Below are positions 43,431 to 43,470 of a stretch of 43,470 nt of DNA, one piece after another (positions within the stretch are counted from its first letter, which is position 1; each line of letters begins with the position of its first letter). Location of the stretch: positions 1 through 43,470 of the IMG/VR virus record IMGVR_UViG_3300044708_000083; one strand, given 5' to 3'. The notes below the pieces were generated by a model, which saw only the letters and a program-made list of their open reading frames with translations, was not told the DNA's origin and did no database searches. The translations under genes and the position numbers were made by a program. Origin of the DNA: a virus (Duplodnaviria; Caudoviricetes).

Positions 43431-43470
43431 GCCACCCCCGCCACCCCCGCCACCCCCGCCACCCCCGCCA
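43431..43470 (+). repeat. 9-bp tandem repeat GCCACCCCC running off the window end
   Basis: At least four units seen. Confidence 0.9.

Noticed and set aside
43260-43470. Possible CRISPR array or mini-array
   Set aside because: Repeats are only 7-16 bp with no spacer-length unique sequences. DUF2800 is a common phage exonuclease, not evidence of a Cas system.
1-43470. Genome-wide stop-codon reassignment
   Set aside because: Conserved genes are intact under the standard code and end at expected positions with TGA, TAA or TAG.

Overview
The window looks like most of a ~43-kb, GC-rich, podovirus-type tailed phage genome; an alphaproteobacterial host is plausible but only inferred. It is truncated on the left inside a CDS and ends on the right in a tandem repeat. 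Gene order: (1-4252) accessory region with an atypical tRNA, a TGT/DpdA-like gene and small HTH/Zn-finger ORFs; (4381-29086) virion module with portal, an HhH-glycosylase-like protein, scaffold, major capsid protein (MCP) with a PKD/Ig-like extension, adaptor, large terminase, tail fibres/spike, nozzle and ejection proteins; (29113-30469) GIY-YIG endonuclease plus a plasmid-type replicon (DnaA box, iteron-like repeats, RepL-like initiator); (30471-37828, minus strand) replication module with family A DNA polymerase, SSB, DUF2800 nuclease, SNF2 helicase and an excisionase-like HTH; (38030-43117) repressor, degenerate integrase-like ORF, primase-helicase, RuvC-like resolvase and small terminase; then a non-coding end with a dif-like site and an IHF consensus. 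Three observations stand out. First, a small non-structural ORF ends in a synonymously diverged 19-aa copy of the MCP N-terminus. Second, a dead integrase, a plasmid replicon and a dif-like site together suggest a phage-plasmid lifestyle. Third, a long-variable-arm tRNA has an expanded anticodon arm. All family assignments come from motif recognition by eye; no database searches were run.
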